Counted from the first letter of the stretch, positions 32,481-43,260 are shown. The stretch is DNA of 64,000 nucleotides from Candidatus Spongiisociaceae bacterium (GCA_965262915.1 OZ253564.1:4096001-4160000), one strand, 5' to 3'. The notes: generated from the letters alone by a model not told the origin. A program made the numbers and translations.

Positions 32481-32873
32481 TCAGACTCGGATAACGCTCA
32501 GCTCCTCGAGCGCCGGGAAGTCCTTGTCCTGAGTCACAAGGGCAACGCCGAGCGTCATCGCGGTTGCAGCAATCCATGAGTCGTTGACCGGCATCCGGAG
32601 TCCATGGTCGCGCAGGATCATACGGAGCCTGGCCCATGCCGCGGCCACCGCCACGTCGATCGGCAGAGGCTCGAGAGCCAGCGCCGCTTCCAGCGTCCCG
32701 AGCCGCCGGTCTCGGGTTGCCAGGTCGGTTGCGGCGAGTACTCCGGCCCTCAACTCCCCGATGGTGATCACCGATACGGCCAACTCCTCGGGTATGAACC
32801 GCGCGACGATCGGACGGCCGCTCCCCCTGGCGATGAACAGTGACGTGTCCGCGAGCCCCCGGCTCACCGCCAC
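32481..32873 (-). CDS. vapC: PIN-domain toxin VapC
   Basis: LADTSLFI, SVITIGEL, NDSWIAATA, TQD.DF. Confidence 0.9.
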   Translation of the reverse strand: MAVSRGLADTSLFIARGSGRPIVARFIPEELAVSVITIGELRAGVLAATDLATRDRRLGTLEAALALEPLPIDVAVAAAWARLRMILRDHGLRMPVNDSWIAATAMTLGVALVTQDKDFPALEELSVIRV

Positions 32874-33118
32874 GGAAGGTCGTCTGTGGTCTCGTCAGCC
32901 GCCCGGATGAGATCCTCGGCGAGGCCGGGGTCGGCCTGATGGGAGAGGATCTCGCGGATGAACCGGTCGCGCGGCATCCATGTGGGTCGCCGGGAGACCG
33001 GTGTCAACTCAGCTACCGGGCGCCCTCGAATCGTGATGATGACGCTTTGGCCGGCGGCCACGCTGTCCAGGAGCGTCCTGGTGTGATTGCGCAACTCTCT
33101 GGAGGCCACCTCTCTCAT
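32864..33118 (-). CDS. Phd/YefM family antitoxin
   Basis: MREVASRELRN...V.ITIRGRPVAEL.P; overlaps the toxin start. Confidence 0.9.
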   Translation of the reverse strand: MREVASRELRNHTRTLLDSVAAGQSVIITIRGRPVAELTPVSRRPTWMPRDRFIREILSHQADPGLAEDLIRAADETTDDLPWR

Positions 33119-33255
33119 GCGACGAATGTAGCACAAGCGCCGCCCCTACCCGCGACCCAACCGGCCAACATGCCGATCACGGCCTTGGAACCGGGGCGGC
33201 CGGGGGAGCCGTACGGCAACTCGTCCTCCCCCATCGCTACCGCAGCCATCAACGG

Positions 33256-33663
33256 TCACAGCAAGTTCACCGAGCGGGAACCAACGTTGGACTCAACCCA
33301 CTCCGTCACCTCGGCAAGGGGAGTACCGGGAGTGAATATCGCTGCCATACCCTGGTCCAGGAGAAGCCGGGCGTCGCGGTCCGGGACGATTCCCCCACCG
33401 AAAACCACCATGTCGTCGATTCCGCGACGGCGGAGCAGCTCCACCACCGCCGGGAACAGAGTCATGTGGGCACCCGAGAGGGCCGACAGCCCGATGGCGT
33501 CGACATCCTCCTGGATGGCCGTCTCGACGATCTGGTCGGGGGTCTGGTGCAGTCCCGAGTAGATCACCTCGTTGCCGGCGTCACGGAGCGCCCTGGCCAC
33601 CACCTTGGCGCCGCGGTCGTGCCCGTCGAGTCCGGGCTTGGCGATGAGGATACGTCTCGGCAC
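33256..33663 (-). CDS. cobalamin-binding domain protein (methylmalonyl-CoA mutase C-terminal-like)
   Basis: AKPGLDGHDRGAKVVARALRDAG, S.LSGAH, GGIVP. Confidence 0.92.
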   Translation of the reverse strand: MPRRILIAKPGLDGHDRGAKVVARALRDAGNEVIYSGLHQTPDQIVETAIQEDVDAIGLSALSGAHMTLFPAVVELLRRRGIDDMVVFGGGIVPDRDARLLLDQGMAAIFTPGTPLAEVTEWVESNVGSRSVNLL

Positions 33664-33666
33664 GGC

Positions 33667-34815
33667 TCAGGCACCCGGCTCGGAGCTACCCCGGGCGGCG
33701 GAGAGCATCTCCCGCTTGCGCTCGATATCCCCGATCATTTCGCGGAACGAGCCGACGAAGCTGCCGACCCCCTCCCGCTCCAGCTTGACGGTCACGTCGT
33801 CGTAGTCGACGCCCACCGACGCGAGATCCCCGAGGACCCGCGCTCCGTCGTTCATCTGGCCGATCCCGATCACCTCGGGCCGGTCGGGACCATGGTCCCG
33901 GTAGGCGGCCAGCGCCGACTCGGGCAGGGTGTTGATCGTTTCGGGCGCCACCAGCGTGTCGATGTAGAGGGTGTTGGAGTAGTCGGGGTTCTTGGTGGAC
34001 GTGGAAGCCCACAAAGGCTTCTGCACGCGGGCGCCCTCGCGGCGTAGCCGGTACCACCGGTCCGAAGAGAAAGCCCGCAGGAACTCCAGGTAGGCAACCC
34101 GGGCATTGGCCACGGCGGACCGGCCCCGCAGGGCGAGCGCCTCGGGCGTGCCGACCGCCTCGAGCCGGGCGTCCACCTCCGTGTCGAAGCGCGAGACGAA
34201 GAAGGAAGCCACCGACGTGACGGAGGCCAGGTCCCCGCCGGCACGGTCGAACCGCTCCAGCCCGTTGAGATATGCCTCGATCACGGACCGGTACCGGTCC
34301 AGAGAGAAAATCAGCGTGACGTTCACCGAGATCCCCTCGGCGATCGAGTCCTCGATGGCGGCGATGCCCTCCCGGGTGGCGGGCACCTTGATGAGGAGAT
34401 TGGGGCGGTTCACGCGCTTGACCCAGTCCCGGGCTTCGGCAACGGTGGGCTCGGGATCGTGGGCCAGCTCGGGTGATACCTCGACCGAAACGAAACCGTC
34501 CAGCCCCTGCGATCGCCGGTAGACGGGCTCCATCACATCGCAGGCCCGCCGGATGTCACTGGTTACGACCGCGGTGTAGATCTCGTCGACACTCGCGTCG
34601 CGGGCCACCAGCTCGCCGACCTGGGCGTCGTAGGAGTCGCCCGACATCATCGCCTTGGCAAAAATGGTGGGGTTGGACGTGACCCCGGTGATCGCCCGCG
34701 CCAGGTATCGGTCGAGCTCTCCCGAGTCCAGCATCTCCCTTGAGATCGAATCGAGCCAGACCGACTGGCCCAGCGCCGCTAGGTTGTGCAGTCTGGAGTT
34801 GCCGCCACCGGACAC
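33667..34815 (-). CDS. tal: transaldolase
   Basis: GQSVWLD, GVTSNPTIF, VSVEVSP, IKVPAT, VNVTLIFS, LWASTSTKNP. Confidence 0.95.
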   Translation of the reverse strand: MSGGGNSRLHNLAALGQSVWLDSISREMLDSGELDRYLARAITGVTSNPTIFAKAMMSGDSYDAQVGELVARDASVDEIYTAVVTSDIRRACDVMEPVYRRSQGLDGFVSVEVSPELAHDPEPTVAEARDWVKRVNRPNLLIKVPATREGIAAIEDSIAEGISVNVTLIFSLDRYRSVIEAYLNGLERFDRAGGDLASVTSVASFFVSRFDTEVDARLEAVGTPEALALRGRSAVANARVAYLEFLRAFSSDRWYRLRREGARVQKPLWASTSTKNPDYSNTLYIDTLVAPETINTLPESALAAYRDHGPDRPEVIGIGQMNDGARVLGDLASVGVDYDDVTVKLEREGVGSFVGSFREMIGDIERKREMLSAARGSSEPGA

Positions 34816-34989
34816 CTTCGTACCTCCCCAATAAGGCCAGCCCGAGTCGGGTAGCTCTTGCAGTTGCGCCGCCCCGGTAACCCCACGCTAATACACAACG
34901 GGACCAGTGCACGCATAGTCGGCATGCGTGGTCAACATCAGGTTTCGTACAACGCCTCGGATCAGGACAACCCGCCGACGGCGCGCCGG

Positions 34990-37218
34990 TCAGACCTTCT
35001 GGAGGGGCGCCCAGCAGAGAAGGAGCCTCTTGTGGCCCCCGGTATCGAAGGTGATCTCGGCCTCCGCCCGGTCACCCTCGCCGGCCACCGCCGAGACTGT
35101 CCCCATCCCCCACAGATCGTGCTTCACCCGATCGCCCGCCGCGATGTCCTCCTCCGACAGGAGGGAGCTCTGGTGCCCGGTCGATTCCTTGCGCGGGTCT
35201 CTCTTGCGGTCCTGCGCATTGGTGACCAACTCGAGCGGGATCTCCTTGAGAAAGCGGGAGGGCGTGTTGTAGGACGCCATACCGTAGAGCATTCGCGATT
35301 GCGACCGGCACAGGTAGAGCCGCTGCTGCGCCCTGGTCAACCCCACGTAGCAGAGCCGTCGCTCCTCTTCGATCTCATCGGGGTCGGTGACTGCCCGTGA
35401 GTGCGGGAACAGGCCTTCTTCCAAGCCGATGATGAACACCACCGGAAACTCGAGGCCCTTGGCATTGTGCAGGGTCATCAGAGTGACCGCCCCGCTGCCT
35501 TCCTCCAAGGCGTCGATGTCGCCCACCAGGCTGACCGACTCGAGGAAGCGCTCCAGCCGGCGACGCCCGTCCATGTCGTTCCAGGTTTCGCCGTCGAACG
35601 ACTCGCCTCTGGACTGCTGCTCGAACTCCTCGGCCCCCGATACCAGCTCACGCAGGTTGTCGGCCCTGCTCAGCGCCTCGATGGTGCGCTCCCCCTCCAC
35701 CCAATCCAGGTATCCCACGCCCTCGAGGACCGCCCTGACCGCGGCTGCCGGGCCGTCGGCCACCTTCCCCTCCAGTCCTTCGACCACCTCCAGGAAGCTC
35801 CGGACGGCCTTGGCCGAGCGGGTTGCCAGAGCGTGGATCTCGTCGAGCCGGTGCAGTGCATCGAACAAGGAGATGCCTTCAGCCTCGGCGAACCGGTCTA
35901 TGTGCCCGATGGTGACGTTGCCGATCCCGCGCCTGGGAAGGTTGATGATCCGCCTGACCGAGATGTCGTCCGCCGGGTTGCAGAGCATCCGCAGGTAGGC
36001 CAGCACGTCCTTTATCTCACGGCGCTCGTAGAACCTCACGGTTCCGATCACGTTGTACGGCACGCCGAAGCGGGCGAGGACCTCCTCCATCACCCGGCTC
36101 TGGGCATTGACCCGGTAGAAGACCGCCATATCCGACAGGTCGGCGCCGTCGGATTCCAGCCCCTCCATCTCCTCGGCGACGAACCCGGCCTCGTCGCGCT
36201 CGTCCTCGGCGGCGTAGTGGACGATGGGCATGCCCCTGCCGAGATCGCTCCACAACCGCTTGGGCCTGCGACGACCGTTGTTGGCGATCACTGCGTTGGC
36301 CGCCGCCAGGATGGTCTCGGTCGAGCGGTAGTTCTGTTCGAGGACCACCACCCGCGCCTCGGGGTAGTCACGCTCGAAGTCCCCGATGTTGCGGATGTCA
36401 GCGCCCCGGAAACGGTAGATCGACTGGTCGGCGTCCCCGACCACGCAGATGTTGCGGTGGCGGCGGGCCAACTGCTTGACCAGCACGTACTGGGCCCGGT
36501 TGGTGTCCTGGAACTCGTCCACATGGATGTACCGGAAGCGGTTCTGGTAGTGGGCCAGCACGTCCGGGAAGGCGGTGAAGAGCTCGGTGGTGACCATCAG
36601 GAGGTCATCGAAATCCATGGCCGAGGCGTCCAGCAGCCGCTGCTGGTAGAGGCGGTAGACGTCGGCCACTTTCTGGTGGTGGAAGCCGTAACCCTGGTCC
36701 ACGAAGGTCTCGTAGTCGATCAACTCGTTCTTGGCCTTCGAGATGGCGGACCGGATCGAGCGGGGCGGGAACTTGCGGTCGTCGAGGTTGAGGTCCTTCA
36801 CCGCCATCTTGACCGCCCGCAAGGAGTCCTGGGCGTCGTAAATCGTGAACGCCGACCGGTAGCCCAGCCGGGGCGCCTCCCGGCGCAGGATGCGGGCACA
36901 TGCCGAGTGGAAGGTGGACACCCACATGCTGCGAGCCGCTCCTCCCACCAGTTGACGGACCCGCTCCTTCATCTCCCCCGCCGCCTTGTTGGTGAAGGTG
37001 ATGGCCAGCACGTCCCACGGGGGCACGTCCAGATCGCGGATCAGGTAGGCGACCCGGTAGGTGAGCACCCGGGTCTTCCCGGAACCCGCGCCGGCCACCA
37101 CCAGCACCGGCCCCTCGGTGGCCGCCACCGCCTCCCGTTGCGTCGGGTTGAGATCGGCGAACAGGACCGAGTCGACCGGGTCTGCCTTCAACGGCTTCGA
37201 ATCCAGCAATCGAACCAT
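34990..37218 (-). CDS. pcrA: ATP-dependent DNA helicase PcrA/UvrD (start uncertain, 37218-37230)
   Basis: AGAGSGKT, DEFQDTN, VGDADQSIY, LEQNYRS, TLHNAKGLEF, EERRLCYVGLTRA. Confidence 0.96.
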   Translation of the reverse strand: MVRLLDSKPLKADPVDSVLFADLNPTQREAVAATEGPVLVVAGAGSGKTRVLTYRVAYLIRDLDVPPWDVLAITFTNKAAGEMKERVRQLVGGAARSMWVSTFHSACARILRREAPRLGYRSAFTIYDAQDSLRAVKMAVKDLNLDDRKFPPRSIRSAISKAKNELIDYETFVDQGYGFHHQKVADVYRLYQQRLLDASAMDFDDLLMVTTELFTAFPDVLAHYQNRFRYIHVDEFQDTNRAQYVLVKQLARRHRNICVVGDADQSIYRFRGADIRNIGDFERDYPEARVVVLEQNYRSTETILAAANAVIANNGRRRPKRLWSDLGRGMPIVHYAAEDERDEAGFVAEEMEGLESDGADLSDMAVFYRVNAQSRVMEEVLARFGVPYNVIGTVRFYERREIKDVLAYLRMLCNPADDISVRRIINLPRRGIGNVTIGHIDRFAEAEGISLFDALHRLDEIHALATRSAKAVRSFLEVVEGLEGKVADGPAAAVRAVLEGVGYLDWVEGERTIEALSRADNLRELVSGAEEFEQQSRGESFDGETWNDMDGRRRLERFLESVSLVGDIDALEEGSGAVTLMTLHNAKGLEFPVVFIIGLEEGLFPHSRAVTDPDEIEEERRLCYVGLTRAQQRLYLCRSQSRMLYGMASYNTPSRFLKEIPLELVTNAQDRKRDPRKESTGHQSSLLSEEDIAAGDRVKHDLWGMGTVSAVAGEGDRAEAEITFDTGGHKRLLLCWAPLQKV

Positions 37219-37521
37219 AGGGACCATCATACCGGCGGGCCCGGACACCGAATTACACGCTTGTGACTTTTCTCGACGTCTCTCGTAGCCTTCTACCACC
37301 CATCCTCAACCCCATACCAGGACTCGACCTTGCGCTAATCGCCGAACGTGTGGGGGGTGGAACCGAACCTGGCCGGTCTCGCGGCGACTCCCGATGCCCT
37401 CCGCGGTGGCACACCTAACGACGCTACCCCTATTCGGGGCCGGTTGAGTTCGTCAGACGAACCGCGTGACCGGATCCAAGCCGGAAACTGCCCAGGCTCC
37501 CAGAAGACCTCCAATCCTGGT

Positions 37522-39063
37522 TCACTCCCACTCGATGGTCGCGGGGGGCTTGGAGGAGATGTCGTAGGCGACCCGGTTGATGCCAGGCACCTCGTTGATG
37601 ACACGGCTCGAGATCTGCTCCAGCACCGGGTAGGGGATGCGGGCGAAGTCCGCCGTCATGGCATCCTCGGAGGTGACGGCTCGCACGATGAGGGCGTAGG
37701 CATAGGTGCGGCCATCGCCCTGGACACCCACCGTCTTGACCATGGGCAGCACCGCGAAGGACTGCCATATGTCGCGGTACAGACCGGCCCGGCGGATCTC
37801 GTCGGTCACTATGGCGTCGGCCGCCCGTAGCACCTCGAGCCGGTCCCTCGTCACCTCTCCTATGATCCGGATGGCCAGCCCGGGACCGGGGAACGGCTGG
37901 CGCCACACGATCTCCTCCGGAAGACCGAGTTCCTCCCCGACTGCCCGAACCTCGTCCTTGAACAGATCGCGGAGCGGCTCGATCAGCTCGAAATCGAGGT
38001 CATCGGGAAGTCCTCCCACGTTGTGATGGGTCTTGATGGTGGCGGCCGGCCCGGCACCGGACTCGATCACGTCCGGATAAAGGGTCCCCTGCACCAGGAA
38101 CCGGGCATCGGGTATGCCCGAGGTGGCCTCCTCGAAGGTCCGTATGAACATCTCGCCGATGATGTTGCGCTTTCGCTCGGGGTCGGTGACGCCCGCCAGA
38201 GCATCCAGGAACCTGCTCGAAGCCTCGACGTGAACCAGGTCCATGTCGAAGTGGCGCCGGAACGTCTCGATCACCTGGGAGGCCTCCCCCGCCCTCAGAA
38301 GACCGTGGTCGACGAAGACACACGTCAACCGGTCACCGACCGCCCGGTATACGAGAGCGGCCGCCACCGCCGAGTCCACACCGCCCGAGAGGCCGCAGAT
38401 CACCCGAGCGTCGCCGACCCCGGCCCTAATCGCCTCGACCTGCTCGGAGATGATGGAACCGCGGTTCCAATCGGGGGGGGCCTCGCATGCCCTGCGCAAG
38501 AACCGCTCGAGGATGGTCGACCCGTGATCGGTGTGGACCACCTCGGGATGGAACTGGACCCCGTAGATCCTCCGGTCGGAGTCCTCCATGGCCGCCACCG
38601 GTGACCCGCCCGTCGCGGCGACGCACGCAAAGCCGGCCGGGGTCTCCGTGACGGCATCCGCGTGACTCATCCAGACGTCCTGGCGCCCGGGAGTGCCGTC
38701 CAGCATCAGGGAAGGGGCCGAGACCGTGAGCGCGGTCCGCCCGTACTCGGCATCACCGGTGCGCTCCACCCTCCCACCCAGCATCCGGGCGAGGAGTTGG
38801 TGTCCGTAGCAGATTCCGAGGACGGGAACGCCCATCTCGAGCAACCGGCGATCTATCCGGTAGGCGTCCTCCGTGTAGACCGACAGCGGGCCACCCGACA
38901 GGATCACCCCTAAGGGACGGTAGGTGCGGGCTTCGGCGGCGCTGACGCTATGGGGAACTATCAGCGAGAAGACCCCGGCCTGGCGCACTCGCCGGGCGAT
39001 CAGCTGCGCGTACTGGGCGCCGAGGTCCACCACTAGAACCGGACGGTGATGGCGAGGGCTCAT
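37522..39063 (-). CDS. guaA: GMP synthase (glutamine-hydrolysing)
   Basis: [40 protein letters not shown]. Confidence 0.96.
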   Translation of the reverse strand: MSPRHHRPVLVVDLGAQYAQLIARRVRQAGVFSLIVPHSVSAAEARTYRPLGVILSGGPLSVYTEDAYRIDRRLLEMGVPVLGICYGHQLLARMLGGRVERTGDAEYGRTALTVSAPSLMLDGTPGRQDVWMSHADAVTETPAGFACVAATGGSPVAAMEDSDRRIYGVQFHPEVVHTDHGSTILERFLRRACEAPPDWNRGSIISEQVEAIRAGVGDARVICGLSGGVDSAVAAALVYRAVGDRLTCVFVDHGLLRAGEASQVIETFRRHFDMDLVHVEASSRFLDALAGVTDPERKRNIIGEMFIRTFEEATSGIPDARFLVQGTLYPDVIESGAGPAATIKTHHNVGGLPDDLDFELIEPLRDLFKDEVRAVGEELGLPEEIVWRQPFPGPGLAIRIIGEVTRDRLEVLRAADAIVTDEIRRAGLYRDIWQSFAVLPMVKTVGVQGDGRTYAYALIVRAVTSEDAMTADFARIPYPVLEQISSRVINEVPGINRVAYDISSKPPATIEWE

Positions 39064-39126
39064 CGCGTCCCCCGCACCGATCCTGGTTGCTCCACCGGCT
39101 ACCGGCACCGTATCACCGGCACCCGT

Positions 39127-40311
39127 TCAGCCCATCCCGACGCGCTGGTTCCGCTGGAGATCCTTGCCTTCGGTCCTGATCGAGGGGGCCACCATCACCT
39201 CGGCTTTCTGGAAGCTCTTGAGGTGGGCGTATCCGGTGGTCGCCAGTGCCATGCGCAACCCGCCGAACAGGTTCTGGCGGCCGTCGTTCTCATAGGCCGG
39301 GCCCACCAGGATCTCCTTGAGGGTGCCCAGCCGACCCGTCATCACCCGGGCACCGCGAGGGAGGGTGGGATGGAATGTGGCCATACCCCAATGAACCCCG
39401 AGCCCGGGAGCTTCGGCCGCCGAGGCCAGCGGGGAGCCGATCATCACGGAGTCGGCCCCACAGGCAATCGCCTTGGCGATGTCCCCCCCGGTGCGCATCC
39501 CCCCGTCGGCGATCACATGGACGTATCGACCTGTCTCGTCGAGGTACCGTATCCTCGCCGCGGCCGCGTCGGCGATCGCCGTCGCCTGCGGAACACCCAG
39601 TCCGAGCACGCCCCGGGTGGTGCAGGCGGCCCCGGGTCCCACTCCCACGAGGATCCCCGCGGCGCCCGTACGCATGAGGTGTATGGCCCCCGCGTAGGAG
39701 GCGCAACCACCCACGATCACCGGCATGTCCAGACCGGCGATGAAGGAATTCAGGTCGAGGGGATCGCTCCTCGTGGACATGTGTTCGGCCGAGACGACCG
39801 TACCCTGGATCACCAGGAGGTCGAGTCGGGAATCCAGCACCACGTCTATGTAGCTCTCGACGCTCTGGGGGGTGAGGGCGCCTGCAGTCACCACACCGGA
39901 CGCCTTCATCTCGCCGATACGCCGGTGCATGAGATCGGGCAGGATGGGCACCCGGTACAACTCCTGCATGCGCCGGGTGGCCTTCTCGGCCGGGAGTGCG
40001 GCTATCTCCTCGAACACCGGATCGGGGTCTTCGTACCTGGACCACAGCCCTTCGAGGTTCAGGACACCGAGACCTCCCAACCGACCGATGGCGACCGCGG
40101 TTGCAGGGCTCACGGCCGAGTCCATCGCCGAGCCGAGCATCGGCAGACGGAATCTGAAGGCGTCGATCTCCCAGGAGATGTCGACGTCGTCGGGGTCGCG
40201 CGTCCGTCTGCTCGGAACGATGGAGATGTCGTCGAATCCGTAGGCGCGCCGACCTGACTTCGAGAGGCCTATGTCTATGTCCACCCTGTCCCCCGGTTGC
40301 GGTAGGTCCAA
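39127..40311 (-). CDS. guaB3: GuaB3 family IMP dehydrogenase-related protein
   Basis: RRAYGFDDISIVPSRRTRDP, LHLMRTGAAG-like motif, HVIADGG. Confidence 0.92.
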   Translation of the reverse strand: MDLPQPGDRVDIDIGLSKSGRRAYGFDDISIVPSRRTRDPDDVDISWEIDAFRFRLPMLGSAMDSAVSPATAVAIGRLGGLGVLNLEGLWSRYEDPDPVFEEIAALPAEKATRRMQELYRVPILPDLMHRRIGEMKASGVVTAGALTPQSVESYIDVVLDSRLDLLVIQGTVVSAEHMSTRSDPLDLNSFIAGLDMPVIVGGCASYAGAIHLMRTGAAGILVGVGPGAACTTRGVLGLGVPQATAIADAAAARIRYLDETGRYVHVIADGGMRTGGDIAKAIACGADSVMIGSPLASAAEAPGLGVHWGMATFHPTLPRGARVMTGRLGTLKEILVGPAYENDGRQNLFGGLRMALATTGYAHLKSFQKAEVMVAPSIRTEGKDLQRNQRVGMG

Positions 40312-40379
40312 GGTACCAGAAAGCGCCCCGCATCCGGCAGATCCCGTCGGAGCCGCTCCCCGACTACGCTACCGGACCC

Positions 40380-41108
40380 GTGGACGGAACTTCGTGGCGC
40401 TGGTATGACACGCCGATCGTCATGGCGGGCGGCGCTGTGGCCGGTCTGGTGGCGAGCGTCGTGGCCGGGGTGGTGTTCGGCGGTGATCCCTACGATCCGG
40501 ATGCCCTCTTCTGGCTGGTCATACCCTGCCAGAACCTGGGACACATCGGCACCCTGGTTCTGATCGCCCGGCACAGGGGACAACCCGGCCTGGCCGATTC
40601 CCTGGGATTCGTGGTCGAGCCGCGCCAGGCCGGGTGGGTTCTGGCAGGGGCTGCCTCCATGATCCCGCTCGGGTTACTGGCGAGCGCATTGAGGGACATC
40701 CTGGGTGTGGACGCGGACGCTCCTCAGGTCATAGTGGAGGCAGCCTCCCAGGTCAGAGGCACCGTGACCGTGGCGGCGGTGGCCATCGGAGTGGTGATCA
40801 TGGGGCCGGTGGCCGAGGAGCTCCTCTACCGCGGTCTCGCCCTCCGGACCGCCCTCCAGGGCGGCAGGTCTCCTGCCGTCGCGGTTACCGTCTCGGCCAT
40901 TGTGTTCACGCTGGCCCATCTGGCCGATCCCGCCCTGTATTCGGCCGCCGGCGGGGTGACCCTGGTCGTGCTCTTCGTGTTCGGCCTGTTCCTCGGCGTC
41001 CTGCGGATACGCAAAGGCAACCTGGGCGCATGCATCTTCGCCCACAGCGGATTCAACCTCATGACGCTGGTCCTGCTGTTCTTCTACACGTCACCGGTGG
41101 CCGGGTGA
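40380..41108 (+). CDS. CPBP family intramembrane metalloprotease (CAAX/Abi)
   Basis: PVAEELLYRG, FTLAH, AHSGFN. Confidence 0.9.
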   Translation: MDGTSWRWYDTPIVMAGGAVAGLVASVVAGVVFGGDPYDPDALFWLVIPCQNLGHIGTLVLIARHRGQPGLADSLGFVVEPRQAGWVLAGAASMIPLGLLASALRDILGVDADAPQVIVEAASQVRGTVTVAAVAIGVVIMGPVAEELLYRGLALRTALQGGRSPAVAVTVSAIVFTLAHLADPALYSAAGGVTLVVLFVFGLFLGVLRIRKGNLGACIFAHSGFNLMTLVLLFFYTSPVAG

Positions 41109-41175
41109 CGGTCTACCACCGGGCCCGGCAGTGGACCTCGGCGCCCCGCGTCGTCCAACGATCCGGCGCACACCC

Positions 41176-42156
41176 TCAGCGGGACAGGCCGATCAGTTCT
41201 CGTACTTTCACCATGGTCTGCTCGGCCTTGACCCTGGCCTCGTGCGCCCCCCCAGTCATTATCCGCTCGACCTCTCGATCGTCCAGAGCGCGGTAAGCCC
41301 GGCGGACGGGCGCCAGGCCGGCGGTCACGGCTTCGGCCACCGTCTCCTTGAACCGTCCGTACCCGGCATGGGCGTGCTCGTCGGCCAGTTCCCGGACCGG
41401 GTCCCCGGTGAACGCCGCCAGGATGTCCAGGAGGTTGCTGATCCCCGGCTTGCGCTCGACGTCGTAGGCGATCCGGGTCTCCGAGTCGGTGACCGCTCGG
41501 CGGATCTTGCGCCGGATCGTGTCGGCGTCATCGGTGACGAGGATGCGTGCACTCGCATCCGGATCGGACTTCGACATCTTGGAGGTTGGTTCCTTGAGGG
41601 ACATCACCCGGGCGCCCACACCGGGCGTGATCTGGTCGGGCAACGGGAAGTACTCCCCGTACCGGGAGTTGAAACGCTCCACCAGATCGCGGGTGAACTC
41701 AAGATGCTGGGTCTGGTCGTTGCCGACCGGGACCGCGTGGACCCGATGGACCAGGATGTCGGCCGCCATCAGGACCGGGTAGGAGAACAACCCCAGGTTC
41801 TGGCCTCCCTTGTCCAGCTTCTCCTTGTATTGGGTCATCCTCCCGAGGTGCCCCATCGAGGTGAGCGTTCCCAGTATCCACGACAGTTCGGCGTGCTGGG
41901 GAACCTGGCTCTGGTGGTAGACCAAGGATCGCTGCGGGTCGATCCCGGCAGCCAGCAGGATCTTGGCCGTGCGAAGGCGCGCCCGGGCGAGTTCCGCCGG
42001 AACCTGGGGGAGGGTGAGGGCATGGAGATCCACCACGCAATACACGGTGTCGTAGTGGTCCTGCATGGCCACCCAGTTGCGCAGCGCGCCCATGTAGTTG
42101 CCGATATGGATGTCGCCGCTCGGCTGGATTCCCGAAAAGACTCTCTTCCTGGTCAC
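41176..42156 (-). CDS. trpS: tryptophan--tRNA ligase
   Basis: SGIQPSG.HIGNY, YPVLMAADI, KMSKS. Confidence 0.96.
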   Translation of the reverse strand: MTRKRVFSGIQPSGDIHIGNYMGALRNWVAMQDHYDTVYCVVDLHALTLPQVPAELARARLRTAKILLAAGIDPQRSLVYHQSQVPQHAELSWILGTLTSMGHLGRMTQYKEKLDKGGQNLGLFSYPVLMAADILVHRVHAVPVGNDQTQHLEFTRDLVERFNSRYGEYFPLPDQITPGVGARVMSLKEPTSKMSKSDPDASARILVTDDADTIRRKIRRAVTDSETRIAYDVERKPGISNLLDILAAFTGDPVRELADEHAHAGYGRFKETVAEAVTAGLAPVRRAYRALDDREVERIMTGGAHEARVKAEQTMVKVRELIGLSR

Positions 42157-42167
42157 ATCACACCTCG

Positions 42168-42205
42168 TAGTGGCTAGTGGTCAGTGGTTAGTGATTAGTG
42201 ATTAG
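42168..42205. repeat. heptamer tandem repeat (YAGTGRY), interrupted by IS5
   Basis: tagtggc tagtggt cagtggt tagtgat tagtgat tag; continues as tagtggc after the IS. Confidence 0.65.
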
Positions 42206-42990
42206 GGCGTGTTCACGTTTCTGAGCGTGTCGTGTATGAGCGCGAGGGTGATGAATGCTAGGAACATCACGTCGAGTTTGTCGTAGCGGGTGAAGACACG
42301 CCGGTAGCCTTTGAGCCGTCGGAAGAGCCGTTCGACCTCGTTCCGTCGCTTGTATATCGGACGGTTGTAGTCCCACGGGTGGCGGCGGTTGCTTCGGGGT
42401 GGGATGACCGGCGTGTAGCCCAGAGCGACGGCCAGTTGCCGTGTTTCGTCCCCTTCATAGGCGCGGTCCGCTACCAGGAACAGCTCTAGCTGCTCCCCTT
42501 CCTGCTCCTTTTTTCGTGGGCCCATCTTTTTGAGGAGCTCCCGCCCATGGGGAGCATCATGGTCCTGACCTGGGGAAAGAGCGAATAAGACGGCGCTACA
42601 AGCGCTGGCCGCGACCATGTGGATCTTGGTGTTCAACCCTCCCCGGGAGCGACCGATGGCCTGGGGACCCCGCTTTCGGAGAGCACCACAGCCGTCGGGA
42701 TGAACCTTGACCGACGTGCTGTCCAGGCCCAGAACTTCGAGGTCGATGAGCTGTTCCTGCTGTAGACGCTGGAACACCCGGTCCAAGACGCCGCTGGCCG
42801 CCCAGCGGCTCATCCGCATGTAAACGGTGTGCCAGTTCCCGAACCGTTCGGGAAGCGCCCGCCACTTGCAGCCGTGCTCCAGTACGTACAGGATGCCGTT
42901 GAGGGCTTGGAGGTTGGATACCTTGACGGTACCGCGGGGTTTCGGGAACACGTCTACTATGAGTTGGTATTGTTCTTGTGTTATTGTCAT
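42202..42990 (-). CDS. IS5 family transposase, single ORF
   Basis: GCKWRALP..FG.W.TVY, LDSTSVKVH, GRSRGG..TKIH, ADRAY, YKRRNEVER.F. Confidence 0.93.
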   Translation of the reverse strand: MTITQEQYQLIVDVFPKPRGTVKVSNLQALNGILYVLEHGCKWRALPERFGNWHTVYMRMSRWAASGVLDRVFQRLQQEQLIDLEVLGLDSTSVKVHPDGCGALRKRGPQAIGRSRGGLNTKIHMVAASACSAVLFALSPGQDHDAPHGRELLKKMGPRKKEQEGEQLELFLVADRAYEGDETRQLAVALGYTPVIPPRSNRRHPWDYNRPIYKRRNEVERLFRRLKGYRRVFTRYDKLDVMFLAFITLALIHDTLRNVNTP

Positions 42991-43034
42991 ATCGTAATGA
43001 TATCACATCAGTGTAACTTTAGGTGAACACGCCC
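42205..43034 (-). mobile_element. IS5-family (IS427-like) insertion sequence
   Basis: TIR GGGCGTGTTCAC / GTGAACACGCCC flanked by TA. Confidence 0.92.
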
Positions 43035-43113
43035 TAGTGGCTGATGGCCGGGGAAGTCAAACTCGCGCCACCGGTTGACAAGGAGAGTTCGGGGAACGAG
43101 ACTCGCGGCTGAC

Positions 43114-43146
43114 ATGACACACCTCACCGGGATCATTATCGACTAG
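43114..43146 (+). CDS. attenuator leader peptide MTHLTGIIID
   Basis: 10-codon uORF with three consecutive Ile codons upstream of cimA. Confidence 0.7.
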   Translation: MTHLTGIIID

Positions 43147-43179
43147 GGGCATCGGGACCCGGATGATCCCATGCCCCCG

Positions 43180-43208
43180 ACCCTGCGCTCCGGCGGAGGG
43201 TTTTTTCT
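43180..43208 (+). terminator. attenuator terminator upstream of cimA
   Basis: accctgcgc-tccg-gcggagggt hairpin followed by a T7 run. Confidence 0.75.
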
Positions 43209-43260
43209 TTGCCCGTACGACTTGGCAACGGTAAAGGTGACAAGGACGGGAGAGGCGACG

